NCBI GenBank assembly: GCA_964035545.1
Contig: OZ037772.1
Span: 4,964,233 to 5,028,232, forward strand
Length of the DNA stretch: 64,000 bases
DNA from: Bugula neritina
Taxonomy: Eukaryota; Animalia; Bryozoa
Direction: 5' to 3'
Part shown: positions 40,015-55,060 of the stretch, one piece after another
How the letters are laid out: every line of letters begins with the position of its first letter
How positions within the stretch are numbered: the stretch's first letter is position 1
Position numbers and translations under genes: made by a program
Notes under the pieces: generated by a model
What the model was told of the DNA's origin: nothing
The model's database searches: none
What the model saw: the letters and a program-made list of their open reading frames with translations, nothing else

Positions 40015-40877
40015 GTATGCTGATTGTCAATCTAGTTGGAGTTCCAGCAAAGTAAAGTGCTCGATATCACGGGTGACAGAGCTAATATAATGTAGTGTGT
40101 TCAGATTGTTAATGATACATATATATATTTTCATTTAAAAAATCTCACACGACTGTATAGTTTTGTACAGTAAACTGCACTCGTCAGGTGTTAGACTAAA
40201 AATAAATAAAATCTAGCTATATGAAGCATACAGATTATTCAAATTTTTACATAAAGAAAAGTATCATGCTAAACACAACGTAGCGAAGCCATACAACACA
40301 ACTACCAAAAGGTGTAATTTATGCCTATGGGAATGTTTCTTTATTTTATACAAACCTAACATGTGTACTTTAAACAAGCGAAATGAACTCTTATCAACCT
40401 GCCGACACTCAAAAAAATTCTTACTGTGCAACCACAAAACCTACAAACTCTGTAGCCTATTTATATTTTAAGTACTATAGTAAATAATATACAAATACCC
40501 ATAGAGAATAGTCACCCAACAAAAACTTCATGCATCTGCTATAAATTATGTTTTTACATTACATTATGGTTTTTTTTATATAATAATTTACACCTACAAA
40601 CCTATATAACAATACAGCCACTGTTATGTCTTCGTTACGTTTTACCTTGTGTTTAGCATTTTGATTTTCTTAATGTAAAAATTTAAATTCGTCAATATTG
40701 TGCCTGAGGAGTGCCAAAGAGGCATGAAACTATTAGTAGTACAATAAAACAACATCTATATAACTAAATTGCTCTTTTCCTCAATAATATAATTGCTCAT
40801 TATTATACACATAATAATTTGAGCACTTTTTTATCCGCTGTTTTTAAAAATCTCACGATACAATTATTATATATATA

Positions 40878-41583
40878 TAGTCTAGAAGTAACCTCCCAAA
40901 AAGTGCTCAAAAAACTGGCTTATTAAACTTTACTAGGTGGCCACTCAAAAAAAAGTTGTTTTTAGATCAAAATTTTGTGCTGATTCTGAATCTACAAACT
41001 CTAGAATTCTATCTTTACCCAAACTCAAGATATTGCAAAAAACAAATTGGCATTTGTGAATTGTGCAAAATAGTATCCAATTTTATCAAGCTATCTTGAA
41101 GAAAAAATATTTGTTGAAATACCAAAAATAATTGCCTCTTACTTAGAATTCTATGCTGATACTGAATTTAAAGACTGCAAGAGGCTATCTCAAATTATAA
41201 CCATGTTGTTTATATAAACATATAATATAGTCTAGAAGTAACCTCCCAAAAAGTGCTCAAAAAATTGGCTTATTACACTTTACTAAATGGCCACTCAAAA
41301 AAAGTTGTTTTAGGATCAGAATTCTGTGCTGATTCTGAATCTACAAACCTTAGAACACTATCTCTACCCAAAGTCAAGTTATTGCAAAAGACAAATCGAC
41401 ATTTTAGATGAGTGATAAAAAAAAATGTGGATTGTGCAAAATAGTATTCAATTTTATCAAGCTATCTTGAAAAAAAAATAGCAAAAATAATTGCCTCTTA
41501 CTTAGAATTCTATGCTGATATTGAATTTATAAAGACTGCAAGACGCTAACTCAAATTAAAACCAAGTTGTTTATATAAACATA
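40878..41583. repeat. 350-bp tandem duplication of a probable Academ terminus
   Basis: TAGTCTAGAAGTAACCTCCCAAAAAGTGCTC at 40878 and 41228. Confidence 0.8.
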
Positions 41584-42009
41584 TGTGTTTGTTATGAATC
41601 GACATATATTGCATGAGGCATAAGCATGCAGAATAATCATGTATGACCAAGCTATTTATACAAAAATAAAAACAAAGTCATGCCAATGTGTGAAAAAACT
41701 ATATTTATAAAATTATAGTACAAAATAAATGTTGAAATGAATAAATATTGAAATCTTTTGAGCTCAGTCCAAGTGAACCATTTGCTATATAGTCTGTGGG
41801 TAGCCGATAAACGTCTGCAAAAATCAACAAGATTTTGTAAAATTATTTAGAGGAACAGAAGCATGAGAGATTATCAGAAACAAATTGGTTGCAGTAAAAT
41901 ATATAACAAATGTCTAAAAATAGTGCTTTATTATGAAAAAGTATTCTCGCCATCATTGTCACTGCCATCAGTCTCATCAGCTTCTTCCCCAATATAGAGC
42001 TTCTTCTCA

Positions 42010-43330
42010 GGCAATCCTTACATTGACAAACATCAGTGTATGCACTGCATTTGAGATTTCTGACATCCACATCTTGATATGTTGCAGCTGGTCTTACAGG
42101 AGCAGTTTAAACTTTGCAATATACATGTTCAGGTACGGAAGCTTGAATCATCCACTTTATATTTATGTTGCCATGATTCTCAACAATCTTTTCATAATGT
42201 TCTGGGGTAGTGCATCAATATAGGCTGTTGTCACCCTTCTCTAAATGGCTGCCTGATAATTTGCTCTTTTTACATGCAAATTTAATTCATCTCTTGTTGG
42301 AGGCAGACTCTATTAAGTTATTTTAGACGGTGAACAAAATACAGTGTATCAGACATTATCTATATATGGATTTCTTGCTCCATAAAACTTATAGACAAAT
42401 TGTTCTACTTCACCCGCTGTAATGGCTTACAGCTTGAAATACTTCCCATGCAAGGTGTTCAAAGTTTCCCATACATTATGGATATTTTCTCAAAAAAGAG
42501 TAGGCTGTGCGCTATCCTTTTCCATAAAAAGCACTATAGTCGAATAAAAACCTGTTAAAGCATGAAATCATATAGTAAGTGCTGCACAAAACTGCAGTCT
42601 GGATTTATTTGCTGCAATGTTGACATCCAAATACTTAATATGATTATGGTTTCCTCCCAGCGAGACGCTGTTTTTATTTTGGTACCATATATATTAATAT
42701 TACCTATATAACTGATGAACTGATTGCTAATATGCTAATAGCTATATGTAGCTAATACATATACTAATACTAATACTAATACTAATATAGTAATACATTA
42801 ATAATAGACACTATCTTTAATGGATACTTATTAGCAAAATATATTTTCAAACAACAGGCAAGATGTATAAAATAATATACAAAATTAATAAGTTAATGCA
42901 AATCAAAAGAATTTATTTATGTGCTAAATAACAAGCAATTGATCCAAGTTTATTTAAATATACATATATTTCAATAATATTAAAATAAGTTGCACATGAA
43001 AATACATTTTACCAAAATAAATAACTAGCGTCTAAGTAGGAAATTTAGTCTAGCCTCTATTTGGCATGACACCATGGTTACCACATCAGTGAAAAAAAAT
43101 AATTGGTAAGAAGGTAATGTTTTGCAAATAGCGAGACTTAGGATGAAAGATTGAGATTTGATTATTACACGTGAGATTATGATGTTCATAAGATATTTTG
43201 CATGTAACAAAGTTTGTGTATCTGCTTCCTCATGATCTAATTGTAAATATTTGAGTTCTGCTTTCTTAAAAATGCCACCATGTTCAAAAAATTCTAGCTG
43301 AATACAATTTTTTTTGGTATGCAACAACTA
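42010..43330 (-). mobile_element. Academ-like transposase remnant
   Basis: Minus-strand DHEEADTQTLLHA, FHALTGF, LPPTRDELNLHVKRANYQAAI and a Cys-rich tail (TDVCQCKDC), in order; interrupted by stops. Confidence 0.75.
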
Positions 43331-46300
43331 TAATAATAATAATATTGTTCTCTAAAATATGTTTAGTCCATGTTTTACACAAAAATGCACCAGTCTCAAA
43401 CTCAACTTGTTTTATTTGCTGATAAGAAATTATTATTTTTGTAACAAATGGCACACATGAAAAAAATACATGCCTATGATCTTTGAATGAGGCAACCCAA
43501 GATCATTTTTCTAATGGGTGGTCTAAATATAACCATATATATTAAACATTATAGGAAAGCTTTAGAGTATTTCTTCTGTAACTATAACTGAGCTAAATTG
43601 GCTCTATAGTCATTATATCAAGATAGTATAAAAATATGCATTTTAACCAATAGCATTGTTTTAAAAACCAAATTGCTTATGTATATATATATAGTTCAGC
43701 CTAAATTTATTAGCAAAGCTCAATTGTACACATTTAAACAGTATATATTTTCCTAGAATGTTGTTTAGAGACATAAAAAAACTGCCTATGCACAACATAC
43801 TTTGCATCTGTTTAGTATCTCGTAATTAGACATAAAAAAATCAAAGCCAATTATAAGGCAAAAGACCATAATACTGTACTATCATTGGATAGTTCTTCAT
43901 CAATAAACAGGTAGTCGCCAGTGGTGGATATGAACCCCTCCTAGATGTTTCTCGTACTTCTTCCTCAAAAAACATTTTCATTAAGCCAAAAAGAAATAAC
44001 AATACACCTTTTTAGTTGACACTTTTTAATTTCTGACTGATATTTCACCTTATTTCCAATTATAATTAACTTTTAACCGGCACTTTTCTTTGTAGTAATT
44101 CCTACCCTTTAGACTGTGTACTTTGAAATGAGTCTGTTTTACTCGTTACATAAAGTATAGTTGCACTGGCTACAGGTTAACACAAAAGCAAGCCTATCTT
44201 GATAAAATCATGCGCAAATGTAGAAGCTACCGAGGGGTTTGTTCCTCATAATTAGAAATTGACAAATTATTTTTAATCCGTTTAAAAGCATCTGGTTAGG
44301 GAAGCATATGCCGTGTTCAATTTGTTATTCTAGCATTAACAATAACAGAATGCAATAATTATAAGTTTATGAAAGTAATTTGTTTTCTTTCTAATTACAA
44401 ATATAATATTTTAGTATATATTGTAAATTTATAAGGCTTGCATTAGGAATAACGCAGCTAAAACATCATTTTCCTTAAAGTCTTAAAAATATATAAGTAT
44501 AACATAATACACTATGCCAATAAACTTATTAAAGTACATGCAAGCAAGCTTAGCTAGTTTAAGAAAAATTACACTAGGTAAATTACCATTATTTATAGAA
44601 TGCTTGCTGATATTAGCTTTTGATGTAATTAAAGTAAATTATTATTTATCTTTCTAGCTAAAGATTTCTTGCCGTAAGTTTTGCTTTTATGCATGGAGAA
44701 ATGTCGTAACAAACGAGTTAAATTTTTATAGCACATAAAAATGTAATTTATAAGTCGAAGATATTTAAACTTAGCCATTAACTCATTTTAATTAGCAATG
44801 TAGCCTAAATCTAATACAATACAAAATATATACCAGTATATATAATATATTTTTACCATGCTGTTAATTACAGTATTTGTAAAACAAATTTTATGCTCAT
44901 TAATTAAATGCAACAAATATTTATAAAATACTAATAATGTTGAATAAATAAATTCAATAATTCCTTTTCTATTTAAATGGCTGCATAATTTCTTGCAAGG
45001 TTGTATAAAGGAGTTGTGGCCCACAACTTATTATGTGTTCAATTGCCACATATGTCTTAGGAAGAAGAAAACTCCCCAAAAATTCTTAGTTTGAAAATTC
45101 TAGTATAATTAAAATCACTTAATATATGTCTTTGAAATGCATTTTGCCACTCTGCAAAGTTGCAGGAACAAATATTGCATGAAGTAATAAATGATTTATG
45201 AAGTAATTAACAAACCAATGTAAAAACTGTTGTTGTATATAGAACACAACATATTGATTTTCTTCAATTTCCACATCAAATCTATATATTCAATTATATC
45301 TAACCAATGCTAATAAACTAAACATGCATGCATACAAATATTTGCATCATATGCAAGTAATATTAGCTAATTAGCAACTATAGCATTTTTTTCATTATCT
45401 TTATTGCTTGCATATGTCTAAGTATTATTAAAATAAGGTTTTTATTTGCAACTTTGCACCACAAATTACATAAAATCTAAAAACTTGAGTTGTGACATAG
45501 GGCTACCTATACACAAATAGACCTTCATAAAACTCTCAATGATTTTATTCAACTCATGTATGCAAAAGTTTTGCTTTAAAACAATTCTTCTAAATCACCC
45601 TAGAGCAGGAAATTATTACAAAAACAGCTTCTCATATATAATTTTTCCCCAGATTAATTTTTTTTCCTGTATTTAAACTAACTTAGCAAGTGAAGATAGT
45701 GATATCACTCAGGTAATCACATATATATTATTCATAGCTGTAATACTTTAGCAATGCATTGCTAAAGTATTACAGCTAAAGTATTACTATTCATGAATAG
45801 ATCATGTTTAATTTCCACTCTATACCTAGCAGTTTTTCAGAATTATAGAGTTATGTATATCGTGAAATTGGAATAGCCTAATAGTTTTACATGTGTTTAT
45901 AGCTAGACAAATTAACTTAACAAGCTTACAATAATTAGATGATATTTGCATTCTTTTGAAGGTTATGGTGAAGCTACTGCAAAACTGGCCATTAGTTTAG
46001 CATAATATGCAATGCCACGCAAAAGCATGCCAAACAAGCAATGTTTATTTACCTTACCAGTGCAATTTTATCACCTTAAACACAAAAGCAAGTATAAAAT
46101 ACACATCCATATTAGATTAACTGTCAAGTTAAAAAAAGACAACATATATTCATGAGCTGGTTCTGTTTGCACAAGTACAATTTAGACCAGCTTATTATTT
46201 AGATTGCCACAAAAATATGACATAAAATATGTCTTTAATCATTATTTTGATATTCACTGGTTGAAGATATTTTTTATATCCTAATATGTAAATATTGTAC

Positions 46301-49068
46301 ATAAATCTTAAAAATTAACTAGGTGAATAAGGAAAACTGCTAATTTTATGAAACTGTTATGTTAATAAAGACAATGGCTATCAACAAATCCTACCAGACC
46401 ACAAACTAATTGTAAATACTAAAGCAATTATATAGTGCTATGTGTTGATCTAGCCTAGTCAATACACCACAAATATGTATTATGACATACCACATTTTAG
46501 GTACTGGGTTACCATTTATTCTAATGGGTATTTGTTTAAACTGTTATATACAGCTTTTTGCACTACCAATATACAACCCAGTTGTTATTCTGTCACTTTT
46601 TATCTACATCTCTTTTTAATGCCAGTTACTTGTTAGCTTCAGTACAAACAGCTAAACATTCTACTCTACAGCCAATCTTACTGTTAACTCTTGTTTAATA
46701 ATATTACAATAATCTAAAAATTTGAGTGTGTTTTTAGTATAATATTCTATCATTATAACTTTTAAATGAAACAATAATATGATAAATGCATTATAACTTT
46801 CTGAAAAGTTTGTTTGCAAAGTATATGTTTTTGGAAAATAGTTTTACAACATTTGCTAGGAGCATTATATTTATTCCTATCTAAAATAATTTTGTTTGAA
46901 CTGCTATGTTTGTAATCATGTAATCAGAAGTAAAGCATCAGTAAAATGAGTATAAGTAGAAGCTTGACAGCTACATTAGGCATTGCTACATAGTACATAA
47001 ATATATGGCGGTATTAAATACTTAGCTGCATTCACAGATAAATGCATGGCTTGGAATTACAATACCATGAATACATTGTTTATTTAGCTGGGTAACTATA
47101 CAATTATGCCAAAGTGAAAAGCCTTTGGTTATTAATGCCTGAAATGTCTAACAATCTACTTGGGAGACCACCTTGTTGTTACAGAGTGAATGAGTTATTT
47201 GTTTGGCATTTGGATGATGGCACAAAGAAAGGCTATTTGGTTTGTTACTTGAGACTAGTAGCAAACTGCTACAGTCATAGCATCTTAGAAGATTTTGCAT
47301 CACTTGCTAGAATTGTACATTATTTTAATGTAGCTATTGAAATTAATATCTCACTGAAAACACAGTATATTGCAAAATCTTAAGCTGTACATAATTATAT
47401 TATGCATCAAAAAGTACTTCTGCTATTCGACTATCCCAGGTTTATTTTAAACTAGCACTGCCAAAGTGCCTTGACTCTATTACAGTGTTTACTAGCTAAT
47501 TTTGTTCTTCTCAATAGTGAAATAGATCTTTTGCAAGAAATTAATGACTAGATATAACAATAATGATTTTTAGGCAAGACTTTCGCATCTATATTGCTCA
47601 TCTGCTAGCTTGAAATACCCCTCTCCTTGGACTAATCTCAGGCTTTTCATTGTTGTTTAAACAGTTTTTAAACTCCTATTTCAATAAATCATTACCAACA
47701 CTGCCTGCATGTATTAATATTCATTAGTGCCATCAATGCACTGTGGAGACAGCACCTGATGTTCTGTATATTACATTATAGTACAGAGATACTAAATTCA
47801 AAACATCTAAAATAATTGATGCTTCTACCAGATTTTTAGCACACCTATAATATGTATTCCTGTAGTAAATATTAATAAGATGTTTTAACTGATAGTTTTT
47901 ATGCCATTATAATAGTTTGATACTATAACTACAACTTGAAACTCTTTAACCAGCACATTGGTTAGTAATATTGCTTCTTGATATTTAATTGCTGGTTCAC
48001 AAACTATCAATAATAGGGATGCATATCAAAACTTGACTGCATTCATAATATGATTTTAATGCTAGGTAATGACTAAGCATGTCTGGCTGATATGAGGTGA
48101 CTATTTTGTACACTGTTTAACAACATCAGCTTTTTGGGTTCATTTAAAGCATCTGCAAATCTGTATTATACATAATTACTGTTAGGGCCAATTAATTAAA
48201 TTGTTAACCCTGAAATGCTTTTTACACTGTAATACTAAGTAGTAAAAGACATGTATATATATATAAACTGATTGTAATTTATACATAACATTGTACATTT
48301 AAAAAAAATCACAAAGTACATAATTTATTAGCTAAATTTCAAGGCGTTTTGTAGGTAGTGGGTTAATGTCAATAAAGTAGAATCCGGGAAGTTGAGTAGC
48401 TTTATTCAAGAGGAAGGCTCTCCAACAGTTCTACCAAAGCCTAAATAACATGTATAAAATGAAGGTTATATGCACAATTTTTTTTCCAAAACAGCCTGCA
48501 ACTGTTTTGCTATTGCCCTTGAAGTTAAACTCCTAAAGTTTATCAAAGTACACACCTTCATCCTAGGTTCGAGAGGTAAGAGATGTTCTTCGCTCAATTT
48601 TATAATAATCCCATCGCCAGTTGGCACGTTCACTTTGCAGGTTGTAATTTAATATTGAATATTTTATTTACTGAGCTAGCTTTTACTAGTAACATATCAA
48701 TCTGGGCGAGATCAGTAACGCTTATAGCTACGTATTATATTACACAGAGCGGTTTATTTGAAGGCAGCGCACTGCAGCTGTGGAATGACTAGGGTAGCCT
48801 ATCCAGGAGTGGATGTAAATTATAAACGTTCTACGTGCTTTTTGAAAGCATTATAGTGATAGCATGCGATTTAGTCATTGATATAAAATTAAAGTTATTG
48901 TTTTAAAAATAATGATTTACTTAAAAAAACAGTTATTTATTTATTTTATTATTGATTTTTATAAAAAAAAAAATAATTGGTAAAGTTTTGAACACCCCTA
49001 ATAATACCACAACTATACTCCACTCTTTTAGTTGTAACTTAATTAGATTAGAAGTCGCATCTTCAATA

Positions 49069-49232
49069 CACTGCGTTTCCATTATCGCATTATGGGAATG
49101 GATTTTTTCATTCGGCTGATGGAAACAGTTACATCGGATGAAACCGCAACTATAAGGTAATGCAAACCACAAACCACAAATAATCCGTACGAAGCATTCA
49201 TCTGCATTATGCGCAGTCATGGAAACGCAGTG
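49069..49232. mobile_element. 164-bp MITE
   Basis: 14-bp perfect TIR CACTGCGTTTCCAT; AATA on both sides. Confidence 0.75.
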
Positions 49233-51106
49233 AATACTGCTGCATCAGCTTTAAAGTTTAAACTGTAGTGAAGCTCTTACTGAATTAGTAGACTGAAAGT
49301 GCAAAACCTAGTAAGCTACCAACACTATAAATTGTTATAAGCGAGTAAAGGAAATGAACAGTATATGTGTACATAAAATTGTACTCAAATACACAAACAC
49401 CATAGTTATGGTTATTTGAGATGCAGTTGTATTAAAAATTGTGAATTGAATACTCATTATAGACATTACATCATGCTGAATCGGGTTACATATTTGACTA
49501 TTTAAAGCTGTTTTTATAAAATAACTTAACTAAGTTACTTATCAGTGACAAGTAATATAGCATTTATATTCAAACCATGAGCTCATTTCGGCTAAAAATA
49601 GCAGCACCTTGTCACTGCATATGTATGGCTGGCCACTGTTTGAGCCATTAGCAAAATGTAATTTATCAATATCCTCATCACTACACATACCTCATACTTG
49701 GTATACTCATGCACCTGGTTATAGTAAGATTACTTTTAAAATAAAGTTATGCAATTACTACTCAATTGATTAAAAATTCCCTCCAACAATTTTTGTAGAT
49801 TCTGAATTTTTTTAATATTTTGCATTAACAATACAATAAGCTTGGTTACAAATAATATATTATTAATTTAATTTAGATTGCTGTACAGAACCACAAAATA
49901 ATGTGCTTTGAAATCACACACAAAAGCTATAAAACTCAGTGGCTATTACCTCTCATTAGCATTATAAGGTGTTTGGGCTCTCATGCAAGCTGTATAATTA
50001 CTATAAACTGTTTTGGACTAAAAATATATAGGATGTACACTATAGAGTATACACCTGAACGCCACTAGCTTGGAAGCTCTGCTTCCTAGTTAGACTTCAG
50101 AAATTGCTTCAGCATTTTAGTACAACTAATAAATCTAGGTTCAAAGTAGACTACACATTGTATAGGGTATCAGTTGTAGGCAGTACAACAACATTGCCAT
50201 CACCAAGATTCTAACTACTATAGCTACTATAATATAATAACTAGTCTCATACCACCTATTTATTTTACTGCAGAGATGAACTTTAACCCTTGGGTTTAGC
50301 GTGCACAACATGAATCATAGGCTGCGTGAGCTCCCTGTAATCATTATGATGGCTCTGATGCAGCGCAGCTCTACCGTGTTCAACCAAGCATGCAGACTAA
50401 GTGAGAAGCAAAATTTCTAATAAAACCAGTGTATAAATTACATGTTTACACTTATTCTATTGAAGCTATGCAGAAAATTTGAAAAGGTTCCAATAGACAA
50501 ATATCTTATCACTCCATAGGTCAATTTTCACAAAGATATATCAATTAGAGATTGAATTATTTTTTGGGCACTGAGACCATGTGTTTTTGAGCAAAAATGG
50601 GCAAAATATGGTAGTTTTTGGGGCATAAAAGTGCAACAGATGACATAAATAAAAGTTTTAAAAGAGGTTCCAATAGAGCAGCAAGAGATATACAACATAG
50701 TTTTTGAATTTTGTTTCTAGACTCAAAATTGATTGAGTTATGAGTTGGGCACTGTTTCATATATAATTATAATGGAGCAATGAAATTACTGATTCAGTAG
50801 AAGGATGACCTTAATCAAGCTGTGTAGTGGTAACAATAGAAAATATTGTTTATATACTAATAAAATCTAAATTTCATAACTGATATTCACCTTAAGATCT
50901 TGAAAAGAGAAACTCATGCAGTATATTTCACACACATATGTGATATTTATATGTAATAATGTATTTTATTCAAACTTCATTTTTCATTGGATGAAATTTT
51001 TATAATATCAATATACGACTTTATGCTAGAACTGCATCGCCTTTGCTTTAGATGGTTGTAATACTATAATTATAATGTTGCCTCAACTGGTATATGTTTA
51101 CTATAG

Positions 51107-51247
51107 CATGTCTAATCTGAAGAATCTGGAGACTCTTGATATATCATGGAATAACTTCAGCGAAGGATTACCTGATGTAGTCACATCAATGACATCTCTA
51201 AGAGAAATGAATATTAGTTTCTGTGAACTACTAACTCTACCTGAAAG
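51107..51247 (+). CDS. LRR cassette exon 8 (DISW / NISF)
   Basis: 141 bp, tatag / gttagt. Confidence 0.9.
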
Positions 51248-52517
51248 GTTAGTAAGAATGTATTAAATAAAATGTTCATTAGTGTGAAGGATATAATTCT
51301 GCATTAGATGTACCTATTTTTTAATAAAGTTATCTACATATTCTGAGGTTAGGCTTGGAAAGTTCTAGAAGCATTTTGACTAGCTTTCTAAAGTTTCTAA
51401 GTGCAACATGTTGGGTTCACAGTAGAATCACAAGTACCGACTGTGTTAAACATTTTCCACTAAAAGTTAACCACCGACTTTTCAGCCGACACCTTAACAT
51501 TTACACTACAATAACTACTGGGTAATCTTAACATCTCATTCAACCAATTCTTTTAAACTCCACTGGCCCCCTTTCTACTCAATAACTTTTAGGCTTCCCT
51601 GGCTTCTTAACTCGCTTTGCATACAAACATACTGCATGGCTGGCTATAGCAGTGTAAACAAACGCTGTACAGTTGTCTAATATAACATCTCATATCTCAT
51701 ATAACATGCTTACTTGAACATGTTTGATGTACATTTTTAGTAAACTATCACAAGAATTATAATAAATTTTTAATCTCTTCACTTAATGAACGTTGTTAAA
51801 TTGTTATAACAATTCTTGGTACAGTTATAAAGTCTGTGACTGTCTCCTCCCAGCAGAATAATAGCTAATACAATAATTATAATAGCAAATATAACTTGAG
51901 ATAGGAGTACGCTAATGTGTATACAGGTCTAGTTCAACTTCCCCTTCTGAGCCATCCCCCCTTATATATATGAGTGCATGGAGTAGGTAGTCCTGAGCTC
52001 ATTCAGGAAGCGCATTATACAAAATATAAATTATAACATAACATAATTCATAAACTAGCACGAAGAACAGTAAAAACATGCATGAGGGTCTGTCCAACAG
52101 GTCTCCTGCCTACATACTTGTGACCCTCAAATGCGTTACAGATAAACATATTTTTAAACATAAATATGAGTATAAAAAGAGAAAAATCATTTTTTAAATG
52201 TTGTTTTATATATAAATATATTACAAGACATGAAGCCTGCAACAATTATGAAAACTCCACTGTGTAATGATTCTTAAAAACCTAGAATAAAGTAGTTTGA
52301 AACAACTGATCTTGTGGCCCCCAGTTTAGCTGAAATTTATAATACGTGGCCCCCACCAAGAAATGCTCTGTTTCGAAAGCCCTCGCTATGAAAAGGTAGG
52401 AAAGCCCTGGTCCAATACATCAGCTGCATACTTGTGTGACACAGTAGATAAGCACAGCCATAATCTACTACAATATTACTATATGATGTTTTAATTAGTA
52501 TATTATGTTTGCTATAG

Positions 52518-52658
52518 CATGTCTAATCTGAAGAATCTGGAGACTCTCGCGGTATCACGGAATAACTTCAGTGAAGGGTTACCTGATGTAGTCACATCAA
52601 TGACATTACTAAGAGAGTTGAATATTAGTTCCTGTGAACTACAAACTCTACCTGAGTG
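52518..52658 (+). CDS. LRR cassette exon 9 (AVSR / NISS), missed by the ORF track
   Basis: 141 bp, tatag / gttagt; MSNLKNLETLAVSRNNFSEGLPDVVTSMTLLRELNISSCELQTLPE. Confidence 0.9.
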
Positions 52659-53331
52659 GTTAGTGAGAATGTATTAAATAAAATGTTCATTAGTGTGAAG
52701 GATACAATTCTGCATTAGATGCACCTGTTTTTTTAATAAAGTCATCTACATATACTGAAGATTAGCTTGGAAAGTTCTAAAAGCATTTTGACTAGCTTGC
52801 TAGAGTTTCTAAGTGCAATATGTTGGGTTCACAGTAGAATCACAAGTACCAACTGTGTTAAACATTTTCCACTGAGAGTTGACCACCGACTTTTTAGCTG
52901 ACACCTTAACAATTACACTACAATAACTACTGGGTAATCTTAACATCTCATTCAACCAATTCTTTTAAACTCCACTGGCCCCCTTTCTACTCAATAACTA
53001 TTAGGCTTCCCTGACTTCTCATCTCGCTTTGCATACAAACATACTGCATGGCTGGCTATAGCAGTGTGAACAAACGCTGTACAGTTGTCCAATATAACAT
53101 CTCATATCTAATATATAACATGCTAACTTGAACATGTTTGATGTACATTTTTATTAAGTCATCAGATGAATAATAATAAATTTTCATTTTCTTTACTTAA
53201 GGAAAGTTGTCAAATTGTTATAACAATTCTTGATACAGTTATAAAGTCTGTGATTGTCTCCTCTCACCAGAATAGTAGCTAATACAATAATTATAATAGC
53301 AAATGTAACTTGAGATAGGATTACGCTAATG

Positions 53332-55060
53332 CAGTGGTTCCCAACCTTTTTCGGACGATTCCCCCCTTTCATAAATGTTGACTATTAATTTCCCCCCTTT
53401 CGAAGAGCGAAGAGATTTTATGACTTACTCAATAAGAACATATGATCCAATGCAATATAATTATTTTGTTCTATTATATTTGCATATAATATATTTATCA
53501 TAATAGTAATAGTATCGTAACTTTTATGTTATAAAATACAGTGGAGTTCAATTATTAATGTTATGGCTTCATTTGATGCTTTTGTGCCAGCTAGCTTAAG
53601 CCTGGCTCTGTGTTTGACCAGGCCCATCTTAAGTAACTCTGCAGCTTAGGGCAGTTTCTCTTCTCTTTGAATTGATAAGAATCCTACCTCACAGGGATAG
53701 GTGGTGCTGGATGGCACCAAAACTCTGCTTTGTCAGTTATGTGTGGGAATAGTTTGGTTGTTGAAACCCACAATGATTTTAGATAAACTGGTGCATGTAA
53801 AAGTGGCACAGGTAATAATGGCACAAATGGATAAGCAAGTAAAATGGCACACTAATATTAAATTTTTCTAAATTCAAACCCCAAATCCTCCACCCCAAAC
53901 TCTCCACCCCAAGCCCCCAACCTTTGAACCCCAAACCCTCACTTCCTAACTCAAACCCCCAGCCCAAACTCCAGAACCCCAAGTACAAACCAAAGTCCTC
54001 ACCTCAAACCCCTCTTTCGAACTCCAAACCCCCCAATATTGAAAACATGTACCTTTTTTACTTAATTTTCCATTTGTACCATTATTACCTGTACCATTTC
54101 TACTGGACACTACTCACAATACACCAACTAGAGAAGATTTCAAATCACCCTTCATTGCTGAATTGTGAATTAACTCAATAAAATCCTCCTGTAACTTGTC
54201 TGAAAACTGTTCAACAAAGCATTGCAATGGGTCACATGTCAATTTAAAAATCTAGCTCTTTTCTTTGGAAGGTAGCTTAGAGAAATACCGTTAAAACTCC
54301 ATTGAAAGTTTAGAGAGATGCCTAGATTAAGCTTTTTGAAAAATGATCTGGAACAAAAGGTGTTTGATAAAAATGGCACAGGTGAAAATGGCAGAGGTAA
54401 TAATGGCACAAATGGAAAATTAAGTAAAAATAGCACATTTTCAATATTTGCATTTTAGATTTGAGTTGGGGGGTTAGGCGTTCAGAATGGGGGGTTCGAA
54501 GGTTTGGGAAATTTTAACACCAGTGTGCAATTTTTACCTGTGCCATCTTTACCTAAAATCAGAACAGGTTCTTCTCCGGGAAAAGTTCATTGAGTGTGGG
54601 GAAAAACACCATGTTTTTGATAGATGCCACCACTTTGGTGTAACTTTAAACACATTGCTGCTGCTATGACTATGACAAGCAATGATATGATGATTGCTCT
54701 CCTGCATTTTTAGGTTCAGATTGCTTAGCGTAGCAAATATATTTGTTAGGTATGTAGTAAACAGTTCATAGAGATTGACTTGCATGGCTGCTAAAAGTTG
54801 GCCTGTTGGTTTTTGCATATTTTTGACCTCCATTCGAAAAAGAACAGAAAGCACTTTGGGTATAGAGTAATTGATAAATACAAATAGAATTAAACTGAAA
54901 TTGTGGAATATGGTGTGGTTAAATAGATGAGCAAAGATGAAGGTTCATAGATATACATATAGTAATATACATAACTTGCAAGAGCTCAAAAACCGTCAAA
55001 AAATTGCATGAATTTGTCAAAATCCAAATTCCCCCCTAAAATGTCCAAATTCCCCCCCTA
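53332..55060 (-). mobile_element. hAT (Charlie/Buster-like) remnant, right TIR missing
   Basis: Left end CAGTGGTTCCCAACCTTTT; minus-strand TTYPCEVGF (cf. TTYLCExGFS); subterminal AATTCCCCCC repeats at both ends. Confidence 0.7.
53789..54112. mobile_element. Palindromic MITE-like insertion (TGGCACAGGTAATAATGGCACAAATGG arms, AAACCCC-type core); related opposite-orientation copy at ~54358-54560
   Basis: Imperfect inverted arms surround short C-rich heptamer repeats. Confidence 0.6.

Noticed and set aside
53875-54035. Telomere-like AAACCCC repeats
   Set aside because: Degenerate, short and enclosed in MITE arms.
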